34,301 nt of DNA from assembly GCA_035552855.1 (NCBI GenBank), contig DASZKN010000123.1, positions 1 through 34,301 of the forward strand. Reading direction: 5' to 3'. Source of the DNA: Trebonia sp. Lineage in GTDB: Bacteria; Actinomycetota; Actinomycetes; Streptosporangiales; Streptosporangiaceae. The position numbers and the translations under genes were made by a program. Positions 31,989 through 34,301 of the stretch are shown here, piece by piece; the stretch's first letter is position 1, and each line of letters begins with the position of its first letter. The notes beneath the pieces are model-generated. The model did not search any database, was not told where the DNA came from, and saw only the letters and a list, made by a program, of their open reading frames with translations.

Positions 31989-34301
31989 GTGGATAAGCAG
32001 TATGAACAGTACTGTCTTGCGAACCCGCTTTTTTATGACTCGCCCCGGAACGACGATTCCGAGACGCTGTTCCCGGTGTCCCGGCGCCCGCTGCCCGCTG
32101 ACTGGCGCCGGGTGCGCCATGGCGACTGGCTGATCAATGTGCCGCCGGGGCCGCCGATTCCGGCGCAGGGCTGGAAGATCCACGTCTCCGCGTGCCTGGA
32201 CAACGCCGACGACGTCATCTCCCGGGTCTGGCGGTACTGCGTGCCGCGCGGTATCTCGTTCAAGTTCCTCGGGTCGCCGCTCGCGGTGCTCATGCGCAAC
32301 GCGAAGTACGCGCCCCGGCAGGCCAGCGGGAAGGCCGTCACGATCTACCCGGCCGACGAGGCCGTCTGCGAGCGCGTGCTGGCGGAACTCGACGCTGAAC
32401 TCGGGGGCGCTGCCGGACCGTACATCCTGAGCGACCTCCGCTACGGCGCGGGCCCGCTGTACGTGCGCTACGGCGGCTTCACCGAGCGGTTCTGCCTCGA
32501 CGCGCGGGGCGAGATGGCGCCGGCGATCGCGGACAACGCCGGGAACCTGGTCCCCGACTTGCGGACCCCGGTATTCACGGTGCCGGACTGGGTCACGCTG
32601 CCCGCGTTCCTGGCGCCGCACCTGGCGGCCCGCAACTCCGTCTCGGTCGGGGAACTCGGCTACGACGTGACCGGCGCGCTGCACTTCTCGAACGGCGGCG
32701 GCGTCTACACCGGAACCGACAAGCGGACCGGCGAGCGCGTCATCATGAAAGAGGCGCGGCCGCATGCCGGCCTCGCCGCCGACGGCTCCGACGCCGTGAC
32801 CAGGCTGCGCCGGGAGTACGACGTCCTGGGCCGGCTGTCCGGCCTCGGCATCGCCCCCGAGCCCCGCGGCTGGTTCATGATCGGCGAGCACCACTTCCTG
32901 GCGGAGGAGTTCATCGCCGGGCGGACGCTCAACTCCTTCTTCGCCGAGCGGTACCCGCTCACCGCCCTCGCCGCGGACCCGGCCGCCACGGAGGCGTACA
33001 CGACGTGGGCGCTCCGGATCTGCGGCGATGTCGAGCGGGGCGCCCAGGTCCTGCACGACCACGGGGTGGTCTTCAACGACTTGCACATGTTCAACATCAT
33101 GGTCAGGCCGGACGACACCGTGGCCTTCATCGACTTCGAGGCCGCGAGCGACATCGGCGAGGGGCGGCGCCGCACGGTCGGCAACCCCGGGTTCGCCGCG
33201 CCCCGCGACCGGTCCGGGTTCGACATCGACGCCTACAGCCTGGCGTGCCTCCGGCTGGCCATGTTCATGCCGCTGACCACGTTGTTCGCCCTGGACCTGA
33301 CCAAGGCGGAAGGCCTCGCCGCGATCATCGCCAGGCACTTCCCCGTACCGGAGAAATTCCTGGAGGAGGCGGTACGGGAAATTGTCCGCGACGCGGCGGG
33401 ACCAGCCGGGACGAGGACGGACGGCAAGAGGACGGGCAGCGTCGTCACGCTGCCCGCGCCGCGCGATGGCGTGGGTGACCCCGCGAACCGGAGCGACCGG
33501 AGCGACGGTGGCGACCGCGGCGACCTGAGCTGGGGCTGGGACGCGGGGTGGGACCGGCTGGCCGCGGACATGGTGTCCGCGATCCGCGCCAGCGCGACCC
33601 CGGAGCGCACGGACCGGCTCTTCCCCGGCGACATCGACCAGCTCCGGGTCACCGGCGGCGGGCTCGCGCTCGCGCACGGCGCGGCCGGCGTGCTGTACGC
33701 GCTGTCCGAGGCGGCCGCCGTCCGCGTGCCTGACTACGAGGAATGGCTGATCGCGCGGGCCGCCGAGCCGGCCAAGGGCACGCGGCCGGGCCTGTACGAC
33801 GGGCTGTCCGGAGTCGCGTACACGCTGGCGCGCCTCGGCCACGCCGAAGCGGCCGCGCGGACCGCGGAAATCTGCCTCGGCGAGCGCTGGGAACGGCTCG
33901 GCCATGGCCTCCACGGCGGGCTGTCCGGGTTCGCGCTCGCCATGCTCGCGGTGGGCGACGCGGCCGGCGAGGACGCGCTGACCAGTGCCGGCCTCAAGGC
34001 CGCGGAGATCGTCGCGGACCGGTACGCGGGCGCCAGCGCCGCCACCATCACCAGCGCCCCCGGCGCGGCCGGATCGGCGGACGCGTCCCGGCGCGCCGCC
34101 GGGCTGCTGCACGGCGCGGCGGGCAAGGCGCTGTTGTTCGTCCGCCTGTACGAGCGGACCCTGGACGCCGCCTGGCTCGACGCCGCCGCGGCCGCGATCG
34201 CCGAAGACCTGGACCGCTGCGTGACCGACCGCAAGGGCGCGCTGCAAGTCGACGACGGCTGGCGGACGCTGCCGTACGTCGGCGCCGGCAGCGCCGGGAT
34301 C
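31989..34301 (+). CDS. lanKC: Class III lanthipeptide synthetase LanKC (RamC/LabKC family), 3' end outside window
   Basis: Manual translation from GTG 31989: MDKQYEQYCLANPLFYD; lyase QGWKIHVS, NAKYAPRQASGKAVTIYP, LYVRYGGF; kinase LHFSNGGGVY, MKEARPHAG, VFNDLHMFNIMV, IDFE; cyclase LFPGDI, AHGAAGV, GLYDGLSG, GLLHGAAG, RTLPYVGAGSAGI. Appears open for 771 codons to the window end. Confidence 0.95.
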   Translation, partial: MDKQYEQYCLANPLFYDSPRNDDSETLFPVSRRPLPADWRRVRHGDWLINVPPGPPIPAQGWKIHVSACLDNADDVISRVWRYCVPRGISFKFLGSPLAVLMRNAKYAPRQASGKAVTIYPADEAVCERVLAELDAELGGAAGPYILSDLRYGAGPLYVRYGGFTERFCLDARGEMAPAIADNAGNLVPDLRTPVFTVPDWVTLPAFLAPHLAARNSVSVGELGYDVTGALHFSNGGGVYTGTDKRTGERVIMKEARPHAGLAADGSDAVTRLRREYDVLGRLSGLGIAPEPRGWFMIGEHHFLAEEFIAGRTLNSFFAERYPLTALAADPAATEAYTTWALRICGDVERGAQVLHDHGVVFNDLHMFNIMVRPDDTVAFIDFEAASDIGEGRRRTVGNPGFAAPRDRSGFDIDAYSLACLRLAMFMPLTTLFALDLTKAEGLAAIIARHFPVPEKFLEEAVREIVRDAAGPAGTRTDGKRTGSVVTLPAPRDGVGDPANRSDRSDGGDRGDLSWGWDAGWDRLAADMVSAIRASATPERTDRLFPGDIDQLRVTGGGLALAHGAAGVLYALSEAAAVRVPDYEEWLIARAAEPAKGTRPGLYDGLSGVAYTLARLGHAEAAARTAEICLGERWERLGHGLHGGLSGFALAMLAVGDAAGEDALTSAGLKAAEIVADRYAGASAATITSAPGAAGSADASRRAAGLLHGAAGKALLFVRLYERTLDAAWLDAAAAAIAEDLDRCVTDRKGALQVDDGWRTLPYVGAGSAGI

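Noticed and set aside
31839-34247. 802-aa minus-strand ORF
   Set aside because: Antisense shadow of lanKC; it has no recognisable motifs, while the + strand frame has all the LanKC signatures.

Overview
A high-GC actinobacterial chromosome segment. It joins two conserved housekeeping blocks with accessory genes interleaved. Block 1 (minus strand) is dapA-rnj-(bioB)-ftsK-rodZ-like-rimO. Block 2 is HNH nuclease, prolyl oligopeptidase, MscS, truncated globin glbO, ettA and an ssb paralog. The accessory genes are a GNAT, an ACAD-like flavoprotein, AraC/IclR/TetR regulators, an FAD-linked oxidase, a YfhO-like membrane protein, a PPTase and an HtrA-like protease, plus three gene remnants. The window ends in the 5' part of a class III lanthipeptide synthetase (LanKC/RamC type), which the ORF track misses because it runs off the end; an atypical response regulator lies upstream of it. 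The most interesting locus is 24.3-27.6 kb. There, a membrane diguanylate cyclase lies divergent from a 7-codon micro-ORF (MRGVIWV) with a strong Shine-Dalgarno, a candidate peptide signal/receptor pair. The cyclase ORF has no stop codon and reads in frame into ettA. Other notable elements are DnaA boxes upstream of the ssb paralog, two dispersed REP-like repeat families, a 77-bp AT-rich imperfect palindrome upstream of lanKC, and many apparently leaderless genes. No rRNA, tRNA, CRISPR array or transposase was seen. All calls come from reading the sequence and motif recognition; no database searches were run.
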